From positions 496,001 through 560,000 of the forward strand of contig OZ287078.1 in the NCBI GenBank assembly GCA_965645245.1: a stretch of 64,000 bases of DNA, read 5' to 3'. Positions 37,275 to 49,848 of this stretch are shown in pieces (the first letter of the stretch is position 1; every line of letters starts with the position of its first letter). Both the position numbers and the translations under genes were made by a program. The DNA comes from Massalongia carnosa. Its lineage: Eukaryota. The notes beneath the pieces are model-generated. The model saw only the letters and a program-made list of their open reading frames with translations. It was not told the DNA's origin and made no database searches.

Positions 37275-38348
37275 ATGCTCAATAGGGCAAGTATTTGCAA
37301 TAGTTGCCGACTAATACAACGTTTCAAACATGCCTCACTTACATACTCGTTCGTGCGCCGAGCATCGTACTTATCTAATATTCACACTGATTTAACGTCA
37401 CGCTGTCTTCCAACGCTTAGGGATAACTGTTCTCCATTGCCGTCGTATTTACTTCTTACAACCCTTGCAGACTTTCTTCCTTTGTCTACTCTCGAACCAT
37501 TGAACTTTAATCTGGAGAAAAGTTTGCCTTTTGCACACCATCTAATCTATTTTCCACCCCCAACTCCACTATCTTCGCTTCTTCCCGATGGCACTGATCC
37601 CCTCCACTCGCCTGGAGCTCCATTCAATCATCGAATGTGGGCTGGTGGAGCTATAAGATGCCGTGATTTCAAAAATGGTGTCATTATGGGTGCTGGTGAG
37701 GTTCGCTGCGTGGAACGAATCCGTGATGTTACCATAAGAGGCCCTGCAGGCGATGAAAAAGTTTACGTTCAAATCGAGCGCCGCTTTGATAAGAACTCGC
37801 CCAAGTATAGGACAGACAAAAGCGGGACAGCCGCGAGAGACGAACATACTGATTTCATTGAAATACGTAACCTCGTTTTCCTACGGGATAAAGTCCCAAA
37901 GGTATTCGCCGATGCATCGCATTTATCAACTAGGGTTATCAAGCCTCCACATCCGCCGGATATTTCATATAAGCTCATACCGACACCGGCATTGTTGTTT
38001 CGATTCTCGGCATTGACATTCAACGCGCACGCCATCCACTTAGACAAGCAGTACTGCCGAGAAATAGAAGGACATCGGAACCTCCTGGTTCACGGCCCTT
38101 TGAGCCTGCTACTCATGGTTGAATTTCTCAAAGCGCATTTAGCGGATATAGACGCTAAGAATGATGAGCTGTGTCCGCAGCAGACGCTAATCGAGGAGAT
38201 CGAGTACAGGAATCTGGCGCCGTTGTATGCGGAGGAAGAGATGAGAGTGTGTGCGAGGAACAGCAAGAAGGATGATTGGGAGTTGTGGATCGAGGGAGGT
38301 AATGGAGGCCTGGCCGTGCGAGCATTGGCGAAAACTAGAGTGGTATAG
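37275..38348 (+). CDS. HTD2: Mitochondrial hydroxyacyl-thioester dehydratase (double hot-dog fold)
   Basis: HHLIYFPP, LLPDGTD, RMWAGG, LLFRFSALTFNAHAIHLD, EGHRNLLVHGPLS; Arg-rich presequence-like N-terminus. Confidence 0.85.
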   Translation: MLNRASICNSCRLIQRFKHASLTYSFVRRASYLSNIHTDLTSRCLPTLRDNCSPLPSYLLLTTLADFLPLSTLEPLNFNLEKSLPFAHHLIYFPPPTPLSSLLPDGTDPLHSPGAPFNHRMWAGGAIRCRDFKNGVIMGAGEVRCVERIRDVTIRGPAGDEKVYVQIERRFDKNSPKYRTDKSGTAARDEHTDFIEIRNLVFLRDKVPKVFADASHLSTRVIKPPHPPDISYKLIPTPALLFRFSALTFNAHAIHLDKQYCREIEGHRNLLVHGPLSLLLMVEFLKAHLADIDAKNDELCPQQTLIEEIEYRNLAPLYAEEEMRVCARNSKKDDWELWIEGGNGGLAVRALAKTRVV

Positions 38349-39126
38349 ATTCAAAGCTCTTAGCTCAACTCATCTACTATTGGCCAAATGGCCATAAGTA
38401 ATTCGGGTAAGATCGACCCCAAATGTCAGTTAGAAGATCCTGGAAAAATATACTAGAAAATTCTACAAACCTCTTACCCGAACGCTGGATACGACGGCGT
38501 GTTTCCCCTACCCGAATACTCTTTAAGACGACTATGCCCTTCCAATAGCCTCGAAAGCACTCCTGTCCCCTCGATTAGCAAACCAACCCTTGAAGACATC
38601 TATGCATCTTTTCCTCTCAAAAGGGGCACGAGGCCTAGAACCAGCACGTTACATAAGCGCCGCAGCCAGACATAAGGCCCAGTTAAATTTTCATTGAAAT
38701 GAATTAACGCTATTAAAAACTGTCAGAAAGCACCAAAGCTATGTCTGTCTTCCATACTATCTTGCTCAGGCTTACTTTCGGTACAATTTCCTACTATGCT
38801 ACGACTAATCTAGTGACTCAGGGAGCAGTATTTGTAAGAGCTTTATTCCCTCTGTCTACCCATTGCATTTCTCCGGATGTCGCTAAAAGGGATTTTTTTG
38901 GAATTTAGTTTGTTTTATTTTACTCTCATTTGTAGAAGCTTATGGAGAATGTACTCGATAAGCTCTTGATTTCCGTAAGCATCTACATCTCTTTAGCTCA
39001 TACTTCCCTCCGCATACCAATTATCTATAGGATCTTTTTATAGCAAGTGGTGCCTCTTGGATCCATCAGACCTTGGCCACCTCAACCGGAGGGGCCACTA
39101 CCCATTACGGAGAATCCTGATCTAAT

Positions 39127-41606
39127 TCAAACCAAGATCTTCTTGCCGCTCTCCAAATTTTGTATTTCGCGGACAAGCTCCGCCCGCTTTCGTTTATTCG
39201 TCAGATTCTCCCCAGCAATCATCTCTAGCTGTTCTGGCTTCAAGTCGGCCACAAAGCTCGGAGAAAACACCTTGGTAGGTGTGTCGGGACCTGTTACAAG
39301 GTGAAAATCGGCTCCCTGCATACATACCACATCCACGAAACGCTTGCGCGCAACCTTATAATAGGATTTGAGAATTTCGTGGATATCGCGAACCGTGTGT
39401 TCCACGTTACGCATTTGAGCATTTTGGTAAACGGCATCCATCTTGACCACATAGCCATGTGGTGCAACCCACAGCTTCTTGCTTTCCATGACTGCTTTCA
39501 GTCTTTGCTCCCGGCTTGGATATTCGTTAGTAAGTGTCTCCATCTACATGAACGGTTTTCTTCAGCTCACCATATTTCCAAATTTTCGTTAAAATAGTGA
39601 CTCAGCGTCAACGGTGTACCAGCTCTCTCTACCTGAAGGACAAACTTCGCATGATCGATGGCTTTTCTGTATCTTTCTACCAGTTCTTCATCAAGATAGA
39701 GATGATTCCGTTCAAAACCCGATTATCGGGGCAGATTCCTCGCAACAGTGAGATAGTGAAACGATGAACGAGGTATATCACATCGCTAATGTAACCAAGC
39801 GCAAGGGTATCCCAATTCGCCGATTGCTTTTTCCAGATAAGTGGAATCAGCGCTGCATCGAAGGTCCCTAGTTCAAAACCGCGAGAGCTCTTATAGATGC
39901 CCTCAATCCAAGGTAGCACTTCTTGTTGACTATTCTGTTTGATTTTGTTATCCCGTACAGTAGATCACCCAGATCATCATGTTCGCCAGTATATCGTGTA
40001 GAACAAAGCGGCTTTCGCTTGGTATGCGCCGCAGGGTGTTTAATTTTCTCGGAATTTTCTGGTTCAGCCACACTGGGGTTGGCAGAGGTCGGTCCCTTGG
40101 GTTTTGGACTAAACTTCATAGTATGACATTTCCAAATATCGTCCGAGAAGTTTTCATTGCGAGTAAAAATCGCGGTGACAAGTTTGAGGCCCTTCAATTC
40201 TTCAAAAAGCTTATCGCCTCCGTAATGAGCGTCGAGTGCAAACGTCGTGATTCTCTGGAACCTTATGGCCAGTCCAAGTAAATATTTCTGTTGTTGTTCT
40301 TTGGTTTCTTGACAAGGGCCCAAAGCTTCTAGTTGCTGCTTGCAGCTATTCAATTTCTTATTGATGTCGGACTTGACCTTTGGGTTGATTAGATATGGAA
40401 AGCCTAGCGAGGATGGTTTCAGCGATCTAACTTACTCCTGGAAATTCACGACGAACAATCTCTGCAAGAATTTCCCTCAGACGAGTTGGTAGGGCTTGAA
40501 TGCCAACCCTATCTTTTTCCAACTTTGTCCAGGGCTTTCTGCTCCGGAAAAACCCTGTTCCAAAGCATGCCTGTTGGAGGCACAATCGAGCAACTCGAGT
40601 TGGCCAAGGTTGCGGACGACACACCAGCCCAGATTTAGTTTATGGCTCTTGCCCTCGACGAGATCCATCACGTTCTGCTCAGCTCCTCGATCGACGAGAT
40701 CCAGTTTTGTCAACGCCCCTAAAGTTCTCTGCCCATCCTTGTCGTGTTCCTCGGCCATTTCAAGAATTTCCTGGGTCGCAATGTCGACATTCGCTGGGAT
40801 TACAGCTAGTATCGCGGCTCTCGGGTTCTGCATGTACCGGGCGACCATACTTCTGACTAACTCTATGTCTGATTTGGTGGGTTTTCCGGCTGTAGTTTTC
40901 TTGAAAATACCTGGGACGTCAATGACACTCAGATGCTGTTGCTCTGGACCCCGAATCTCAATCCTGAGAACATCCTCAGAAAAAGTCTTCATTACCTCCT
41001 TTTGGGCTGGAGAGTCAAGTTCCCTCAGAAAAGACACCTAAACTCTTCCAGTAAGCAAGTCCAAGGTGGAATGGTGGAGCTAGTGAAGCATGACTTACTT
41101 CCTCCATAATCTGGGCAAACGTCTCTCCTTCTAAAGAGTGAAGTCGTCCTTTTTCCAAGCACTAAGCTTCTCCGCATGTTCCGCAACAGAGTTTGCGGCA
41201 GGAATTATGGAGACTGATATGTTTTGTTCTTGTGCCCTCCTAAAGGTGATTTGCGTGGCGAATCGAGTACACAGTCCGCTATCGCGTGGAAACGGTAAAT
41301 TCGTGAGTCCTTCAAGAACGGAGCTCTTACCACTGTTACCAAAGTATTTAGCACCAAGACCTAGGTAAATCCAGCTGGTATACCTTGATTGGTCGCCAAT
41401 GACGAGAAGCTATTACACTGTCAGTGGGCTTTTTGGGCTTTTGGGGCTTTTTTTTTTAAATGGAAGCTCACTTGTGGAAGAGCAACATATTCGCCGATAT
41501 TGAATTCAAACAATTTGTCTATCGTCTCCAACCGCGCTTGGTCAGCTAAGCCCCTGGTTCTCTCCATCTTTGGTGCTCTAAGGTTAAGGCAGATAGGCCT
41601 TGTCAT
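39127..41606 (-). pseudogene. Fungal dynamin-like / Mx-type GTPase with at least 4 frameshifts
   Basis: LPQLLVIGDQSSGKSSVLEG, LCTRFATQI, DVPG, TKLDLVD, SRGFELGTF, GED-like YYKVARKRFVD; frame changes near 41143, 40550, 39920 and 39689. Confidence 0.85.
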
Positions 41607-42300
41607 GCCAGGTTGGGTATGTGGCTAGATTTTTGGATGAGATGAGATGAAGATGTCAACTTGAGTGCTTTCACCGGCGCCGAGATGGAGGCTAGTATTC
41701 ACATGACACGCGTGGATCAATGCCAAATATCTTATTTGAGCCAAGGCTACTTGCAGGAGGATTCTATCTGCCCCAAACAAACGGAAAGACCCCATTCGTT
41801 TAAAAGACGCGTCCTGAACTGAAACTCATCTCGTTTTCGGAGAGAGTGAACCATACGGAACGAAGCTGGGGACTTGCCACAGCAGGATCCAGACCAAAGG
41901 GGCTTCGTACCAGTCTTTTACAGTACATAGACGGAATTCATAGACAGACAAATCACCTTTCCCTTTTCCCATCCAAACCGTCACTCCCAAGACCCCTTCT
42001 CTATTCCTTCCCCCAAAAACCCCCCTACCCCTCGTTTTTTCCCGCCTCCCTTGACCCTCCCCCTCCAGATTGATAAGGCTCTCTTTTTTCTCTCTCAGTC
42101 CTGCCTCTCTTTCTGTCGTCATTCGTTCGTTCGTTCGTTCATTCACTCACTGACTTAATAACTCATGCGTTTGCGTTGCAATGTTTTCTTACCACCACAC
42201 CCCTTCCCGTCTAAGGAAAAGCTGCTGCTGCTGCGGGCTTTGGATGATAGATACATACACACATAACTCGTTCGGTTTGTTTGTTGTTTTGTTTTGTTTT

Positions 42301-42694
42301 CTAATATGTGCGAAAAATTTCTTGAAATTCCTGTTCGTTGAAAAGTTCATGTATGGTAATCTGATAACATTTCACGTAAAAATCGAGTTTTGACTTAACG
42401 AAAATAACAAGTCGTATGTAAAATTGCTTTGAATGTTATAAACATGAATAAACCTTGAAACTTGTAATGTAAAATCAATAATATGCTGATCATGATTATA
42501 ACAAGTGACGATTACGTTGCAATAGGAAATAGTACCTTGTTCTGTGAGGTTGAAGCTGTTGTCCTCTTGATCGTTAAGTCATATTTGATCAGACGCGCTG
42601 TAGAAAAAGCTACGTAGTCAGTCTGTTTACCCGAAGAAGCTTGTAAGGCTAACCCGAAAGGACTTAACTGGGAGCGTCTGAGGTACCGAGGCAA
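42301..42694 (-). mobile_element. Truncated, diverged second copy of the TTGCC-TIR MITE, in inverted orientation
   Basis: End CGTCTGAGGTACCGAGGCAA at 42675-42694; 42301-42500 aligns by eye to the reverse complement of about 17960-18170 (e.g. TTGTTATTTTCGTTAAGTC). Confidence 0.8.
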
Positions 42695-43483
42695 TCTTGA
42701 TTCAAAATCGTAGTTACGTCATGAACCCCTTTCGACTCCATTAGCAACCCGTGTAAACATCGATCAAACCCACCACAATGTTTATTCATGTATTTCAAGG
42801 CGACTGATCAGAATAGGAATCAGAAGGATGATATCGACACATTGATTCCAACATAGACATACATTTAAATGATGCTTAATTTTTGAATATTTGGGAATCT
42901 CCTTCCCCTTGTTAATTCGAGCAGAAAAACAGGCGAGCTCATGGTGAAGGAGAACCGGCCATTAGCCTCCTTTTGACGGATTTTAATCTTCACGCGGGGG
43001 ACAGCGTGCTTGGCGGACGGGATCCACTTGCTCATCTGGGGTTCTTTTTACAGGGGTACACGTGGTCGTGTGTGGCCAAAACCGTCTCTTTCTTGACGGG
43101 TGGCTTCAGTTTTCGTCCTGTTTGGGCGAGTTGCCAAGATCCATAAGGCTCGGCCTAGCTATTCTGGGGTTAGCATCTGATCGGCACTTCCATCCAGAGC
43201 CGACAACCAATTACAAACTAATTCTTTTCCAATCAGAGCTTCAAATCCTCAGACATCGGTTTCGACCAGCTCAGGCGCTGTTTGCATCGTTGGCACAATG
43301 GTGCTATTGTTAGCCTTGTTGAAAAATCTGTTGTGTTTATGTGCAGTTCAACGTCCGTCACGAACGATCTTCATTTATTCCACCTTGTTGAGTTCTTGCT
43401 CCATTCAACAACCACATCATCCTTGATTTGCTACGACCGCTGTACTCCTTTCATAGCTTCGAGTTTTTCAAATTAAACGCGTC

Positions 43484-44373
43484 ATGAATCATCGTCTCTC
43501 CATACTGTCTTTGACAGCCCTTCTCTTCTCCATATCGGTATCCGGTGCAGCAACAGAAACCGTCTCTATATTCATTCCAGGTGCGGACCGCCAAAATTTA
43601 GTCGGATCTATTGCAGGCGTGGTATGAGTTCCCTTATTCTTTCCACAGCTATCCATTGTCATCGAGACGACTCTGCCCTAAACTCCTAAGGTCCATCGGC
43701 AACGACCTACGTCATCCAATGTTCCGTTGCATCCGATACTGATTGCGGGTAAAAGGCCTTCTCTGGTTCACGAAATGGAAAGGCAAAGGCTGACCTACCA
43801 TGGCGATAGCTTTCCCAAACCGTTCACGTTGACAGAAGGGCCCTCCACCGTACATTATGAATTCACTCTAAGCTCCCTGTGCGACCCTCCCCGTTTTGTC
43901 TTTCCCTTCTTCGTGAAGCTGCTAGATAGAAAAAAAATATTGGGGCGCTAATGAACCTCCCCTTTCAGCCCGGCCGTTATGGACTGCAAACTCTACGGCA
44001 CCAGCTCCGCCGTCTGCACGCGAACATTCCGCGGCAATGCCGCTGAAACTGTCAGCCCGAACACCCAAACCCTGGGTCCCTCAGATATGACATTCCTCCC
44101 CGTCGCCATCACCGCTACCGCCTCCGCCGCCGCCTCCGCCACCGCATCCGCCACCGCATCCTCCACCGTCTCGCCAACATCATCGCTCAGCACATCCAAG
44201 CTCCTCTCGCAAACAGGAACCTCAACCGCAACCACAACCACGACCCCGAGCAGCAGCACTGGCGGGCAGCGCCAAAGGCGAACCACGGTTCCGCCGTAGC
44301 GCAGATTCCGCTAGTGGCATGGATCAACATGGTGGGGGTTGGGATTGTGGCGTTTGCGATATATCTGGTCTAG
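43484..44373 (+). CDS. Secreted Ser/Thr-rich GPI-type cell-wall protein; GPI signal out of frame by 1 nt
   Basis: Signal peptide MNHRLSILSLTALLFSISVSGA, LVGSIAG/..ATTYVIQC..CG/F..PFTLTEGPSTV, S/T stalk; hydrophobic tail AQIPLVAWINMVGVGIVAFAIYLV* lies in the shifted frame after 44266. Confidence 0.75.
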
Positions 44374-47252
44374 ATCTGCGGCTGTTTTGGCTAACGGAGC
44401 GGTATATCTTCAGCGAGCCTTGAGGTGAACATAAAAAGCAGCGTACCTAGTTTGTATTCTTAATTCCCTCCTTAACACCAGAAACACGACAAGTGAAAGG
44501 GCCGTCGTTTATTTTTTTGTTTAAAATAATCCAAAGAGGCAAATCGCCCTCGTTTTTGCCCATATATATAGTAGAAATAATAAAATCCCCTTCATAATCC
44601 CTCATCTCAAATTTTTCTAGTAAATATGTAGCCTGTCTTGGTACTGAAGTAAGTTGTGCTAAATGTTCGCTCTAAGGCCGAGACTTTCCAAAGGAACCTG
44701 GAAGTCACCAGCAGTTGCGGTAGACATACACAGAGATCCAGGTTTCGTGGATAACGAAGATGAACTCGTTAGGGCGAATGGCAATTATTCTAGCCTTGAT
44801 GAAAAATGGTTGTCAGAATCATATTCGTTGGCATCTTCTTCTGAAGGTCCCACTTATGGCGGTGGCTCGCTACTTCTGCTGCCGCTACCTTCGCCCCAGT
44901 TCCAAGAGGTCCAGGGGGTAAATCCTTATCTCCACCACCTCCCCTCCATTGTCGCCACTACGCAGGCCGGGAGGTCTAGATGGTAACACGTTGTTTCCTC
45001 TACCGCCATGGCTACCCCCGCTACCCTTACCGCAAAATAGCACCTAAGGAAAATGAACCCTTGAAAGCTTGGGAAAGCGAAAGGATACTCCATGAGTCAA
45101 CGGAAGACCCAAAGTATCTCCAGACCTTGATCGCCAAATCAAGGCACTTTCCCAAGACTCTGGCTGTTGTTGACTTAAATAACATGATAGACGTTTTGTT
45201 GGTAGTATGAGTAGCCGCAGGAAAGAATCTCCCGCTAGTAGCTATAGCTAAAGATTGGAAGCTTTATGGAAATTAGGAACCTAGCGGACGCAAGCTACTG
45301 GTCGTAGTAGTATGAGTAGGTGTTGAGCCGTACCGGAAATACACAACTTTTATCGAGAGGGTGATGTCCCTAGAGACGACGATCCACTCAGAGGCGGTAA
45401 CATAGTTAGAGAAGCATAGCTGGTAGTTACCTTCTTAGGTATGGCAACAATTCGGTTGTTTTGACGACGAAAGGGACGAAAGGGGATACTCTGCCATTCC
45501 ATGAAGGTATAATTGTACCAATGGTAATATTCTTGAATGATAAAAACTAGGTGATTGGTGGGCGCTGGCTTTCAGTTGGCTTTAACAGGGTTCTTTTAAA
45601 TAAAGAACGAAATGTTTCTTCGGCTCCTGCTGGTAACGAAGGTATCTCGTAGAAAGGGGAATTAGCTCCAAATAGCAAAAATATAGCTAAAGAGGCGGAA
45701 AACCACGAGATCGGTGGATAAATAGTAGGGCTAAAGTCCTGGGTCTGGCTATCGAGTACCTGGGAGGCAATTTCGATTGGAGGCAGAGAGAGCACCCGCA
45801 AACAGCAAGAACTGGAAAAACGAGAGGAGAATGAAAAGACCCTTATTTTGAAATGTTTTGAATGATGATTGTTTGAAAATACTATGATACAAAAAAGTCG
45901 TGCCAAACGCTTAAATTTATATAGGTTCTATCATATGAAAAAGGGAACGCTATAATAAAAACGACGGGAAATTTTATAACTAGATGCTACAAGATAATTT
46001 ATGCTCGCTTCTTACGAAGTATCAAGCAAATTCCGGCGCAGCATTTAGTTCGTATCATTGGACAAATCGCAATAGACTTTTATAAATGCCCCATAAAAGA
46101 AGCCCATATGGGGGGAATCCAGGGTGAAGGATCTGTTCAGCATAGCTATTGAGCCGGTCGGCTATGTGGCAGGTGCAATGAAAACTGTACTGTTTCAGAA
46201 CCCAAAGAGTAGCTGTGCATAGAGACCAACTTTGTTGAAAACCCCCATGCACAAGTGCAATGAGTGTGCAAGATGAATTGACGTTGGTTGAAGCTTTGGA
46301 AATACCTCGCCTAGTTTGTAATGAAACGCAAGCTAAGTATTTAATTATTGATATCAACATATGATTTTTTGCTTTAGTTATGAAGGGGTTAAATTGTTAT
46401 ATCCGACTTTGTTCAGGCACGAATAAACCTCTGCTTACCTACTACCAAGCTATTCACCCTTTCCTTAGGCGTCTTCCCTCTCGTCCTCCGAGAATCTGAT
46501 TTTATAGTCTCCAACCTGTTGTCACGATAACTAGTTAGCTGACTTACGTTAACAAGTTTTAGTAACCAGATATTAATATACCAAGCCCTGGATTTGACTT
46601 TGATTGAGCAGTTCCAGGCCACCCTAGAACTCAGTTACACTTATCGACATTTGCAGGTGCTTTCGGCGAAGAAGCTTACAGTACGTACATAGCATTACGT
46701 CGTTAGCCTTGACGTCTTTGATGTGTGGGCGGATCCCCACCAGCCCCCCGATTCCGGTATTGTTAGAAGTCCTCAACATGCGTTAGGACGTAACTTCCGT
46801 CCAGATGTGCCGTACTTGAGAAAGCATAGTGTCTGTGCTGTTAATGATAGAAACCAATTCTAAGGAACGAGTTTGTTTGTTACAGTTAGAATGACTGGCG
46901 CTAATTAAGGTGTTGCCTTAGAATATCAATATACTCTACTGGCTCTAGACTATACTTCACGGAACGTTGTATACGGAGCATGTGCTGAAGGCCGCACATG
47001 CAGCGTTATAGTAGGTTTCTTCAAGAGAGCACCGCGAAAGGGAGTACAGAGTAATCAAAGCCTCATCGGTCTACATGTGCGAATCTATTCGTCCTCCAGG
47101 AAATTTTAGGTGACTGCATCATACGAAATCGCTAAACGAAATTGAGATGGGGTGGGAAATACTTTGCAGCTACGAAGTTTGTGCAATCGGAATTCGGTGC
47201 CAGTACTCCGTAGAGCTGGAACGAGGCTTTTGTGATCACTTCTGACCGAAGA

Positions 47253-48251
47253 TCAAGCACCGCAAGGGCTATTTGCAGGCCGTACAGGCCGAAAAACCGC
47301 CGTCCAAACATTCATACACTCAACTCCTTCCGCCCCTGCTTCTGAAATTATTGAAGCCTCTAAAGCATCAGCATGAGCTCTTAAGCTCTCTAAGCGAACA
47401 TTGTCTGTGCTCCTGTCGCTTACTATATGCGCTGCCTGTTTCCCAATCTCTATCTTCCTAGCGACCGATCTCGCAAATCCAGTCTCCCATTTTCCGTCTT
47501 CTAGCTCCACTGCTGGAGTGAAAGTCCTGCTGCCTATGACCTCCCATCCAGCCTGCGTGGCCGCGTCGACGTAAGCAGTGGGCGAAAGCACGGTCCTAAC
47601 ATTCCCCTGCGGAAGTGGATCGATAGATTGCAGCAGGACTGCTAAGAGGTGCGGTAATGCGGCAGGTTGGGAAATTGAAAGCGACCACTCGGCCAGCAGA
47701 AGCGTTTTAACTCCTGCATCGACTAGAGATTTGAAGCTTTGAACGAGGGTAGCGAAGGAAGGGAAGTAGTAGAGTGAATGCGCGAAATAGGCTGTGGTGT
47801 AAGTTCCTATAGGTTGCGATGCCACTAGCGCTGGCGCGGTGGTTTGCCTGAAGCACAGGTACTCTCCTAGAGGGCCGGTGGAGAGACTAAATTGGGCGTC
47901 GCCGAGGGTACAGGGTTCGCCTTGTCATAGAGTTGGGGCGGTTTGAAATGAATGCGGTCACACAAACTCACCGTAGTCCAAACTTGCGGGATCAACACCG
48001 GTGACTTTTGACTCCTTATTTCCTTGAGCTTTCAACACCGCGGCGAAGAGCGCGATCATATCACCTTGACCGCACCCAACATCCAGGGTCTGTTTTCCGA
48101 CGATGCTTGACTCGAGGTCATAGCCGTTTTCTTGGGCTATTTTTAGCCACGATTGGAAGATGTTAAGACGGTGCGCGCTCTGGCTGTTGGGACTGGAGGA
48201 GGTATTCTCGAGGATCGACAAGATTTCATGAGATTCTTGGAGCGTGGGCAT
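47253..48251 (-). CDS. Class I SAM-dependent methyltransferase
   Basis: LDVGCGQGD motif I, VDPASLDYG/GEPCTLGDAQ (intron 47921-47971), FAHSLYYF, LAEWSL. Confidence 0.85.
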
Positions 48252-48511
48252 TTTGATCTGCTTGATATGAACTTTTTTTCGGAGAACTTTTACTTTTAGG
48301 GAGTTCTTTTTTGGAGAAGTTGAACGTTCGCGCTGATCGTGGGAAGAACGTTAGGCTTATGTGTACCAGTTTTCACTCATGAGTGATGAACAGTTAAGTT
48401 AGTACCTCTGTACTCTGTAAGGGATGTGGTACGGTACATGGTTTAAATTACATAGAAGGCTAGACCGAGTACATACAGGCACGCTCGGGTATGTAATTAT
48501 GAGTGGGATGG

Positions 48512-49839
48512 CACGCGGGGGACAAAAAAAAAACTACACCAAAATTTAACCGGGTTCAACCCCCCACCAAAACACAAGCAATTTCCATACAATTTTGATG
48601 GGATAATCACCATTTCAACAACCAGTCATCCAATTCATTCAATCTATTCAATAACCAGTCATTTTACCCTCACCATCCAAAACAGCTCTCAATCTATCTG
48701 GCATAGTAGACACCCGTTCATTGATAAATGCCTGGGAAACGTTCGCCCACCCCTCATAAATTAGCCCCTTGGTCGTATCATCATCCCAATGAGGATATTT
48801 TTTTAAATATTGCTTCGGGGCCTGCCAGCAATTTTCTATGGGGGCCAAATCAGGTGAACATGGACAGTTGAAATAGTGCTTCAGATCGTTGTTCTGCTTC
48901 CAAGTGCGTACAATGTTTGATTTGCCTGGTCCATGTCCAGAATCACCGTCTTCTTCTAAGACGAAATCGTGTTTTGCTTCAATCCAGGGCTTCACAATAG
49001 GCTCCAATATAGAGTCGATATAGACTCGTTGACTCATCTTTCCATTGGAGTTTCCAGGAACTCTGTAAAAGTAGATATCTGACTTGAAGTCATGACCTGC
49101 AGCAGCCCAACAGTGATGTCTCTTCTTGACGGCCTCGTCTGGTTCATCTGCTTCTTGAATACAATCATGACAATAACGTTCACCTAATCTTCGTATGATG
49201 CGTAATTTGCCCTGAGGTCCCCATCCAAAGTGCACTTCGTCACTAAATCGAACTTGTTTCCAGTCTTCTGCATTTGGATATCTAGAAAGCATAGCATCTG
49301 ACCACTTCATACGAAGCTTTCTTGTCTTCTCGTTCACCCATCCCTTTCTGCACGCAATGCATTTGTGATAATCCATGGTGCCCATGATTCGTTGAATGGT
49401 TTTGCCACTGCAGTCTAGGCCTACTTCGAAGCCCAATTGCTCCCATGTAAGAGCGCGCGCCTCCATACCTTCTTCTTCCAATAGCCGTTCCATTTCTCTA
49501 ATCAATTTAGGCGTAACAATTTTGTGACGCCCACGAGCTTCAGAAACATCGGAATTATTATGATGACGGCGTGATGAGGCTCCTTCACGCAGGTATGCAT
49601 AGCCCCTCGTACGTTCCACATCAAATGTGCGAAAAACATCCTCTTTGTGATAAGAAATGCCTTGCTTTTCGCAAAATTCAACGGCTCCCTGAATTTTAGC
49701 TTTGGTAGGAGTCTCGATATGTTTAGAATTCATAATAATGATAATTATCCCATCAAAATCGTATGTAAATTGCTTGTGTTTTGGTGGGGAGTTGAGCCCG
49801 GTTAAATTTTGGTGTAGTTTTTTTTTTGTCCCCCGCGTG
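48512..49839 (-). mobile_element. IS630/Tc1-type DNA transposon (1328 bp) with ~103-bp TIRs, CAC..GTG ends and 5-bp TSD
   Basis: TIR CACGCGGGGGACAAAAAAAAAACTACACC... at 48512-48614 and 49737-49839; TSD GATGG at 48507-48511 and 49840-49844. Confidence 0.93.
48648..49733 (-). CDS. Intact DD37E transposase (DDE_3-like)
   Basis: RFSDEVHF...LEEDGDSGH...SPDLAPIENCW; 37 residues between the second D and E. Confidence 0.9.
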   Translation of the reverse strand: MNSKHIETPTKAKIQGAVEFCEKQGISYHKEDVFRTFDVERTRGYAYLREGASSRRHHNNSDVSEARGRHKIVTPKLIREMERLLEEEGMEARALTWEQLGFEVGLDCSGKTIQRIMGTMDYHKCIACRKGWVNEKTRKLRMKWSDAMLSRYPNAEDWKQVRFSDEVHFGWGPQGKLRIIRRLGERYCHDCIQEADEPDEAVKKRHHCWAAAGHDFKSDIYFYRVPGNSNGKMSQRVYIDSILEPIVKPWIEAKHDFVLEEDGDSGHGPGKSNIVRTWKQNNDLKHYFNCPCSPDLAPIENCWQAPKQYLKKYPHWDDDTTKGLIYEGWANVSQAFINERVSTMPDRLRAVLDGEGKMTGY

Positions 49840-49848
49840 GATGGCTAT

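Noticed and set aside
42991..43003. CACGCGGGGGACA, identical to the first 13 bp of the DD37E element TIR
   Set aside because: No partner end or TSD nearby; it could be a tiny relic but cannot be supported.
48512..48545. RAG recombination-signal-like reading of the TIR (CAC heptamer plus ACAAAAA)
   Set aside because: The spacer is only 3 bp, not 12 or 23, and the transposase is Tc1/IS630-type, not RAG/Transib.
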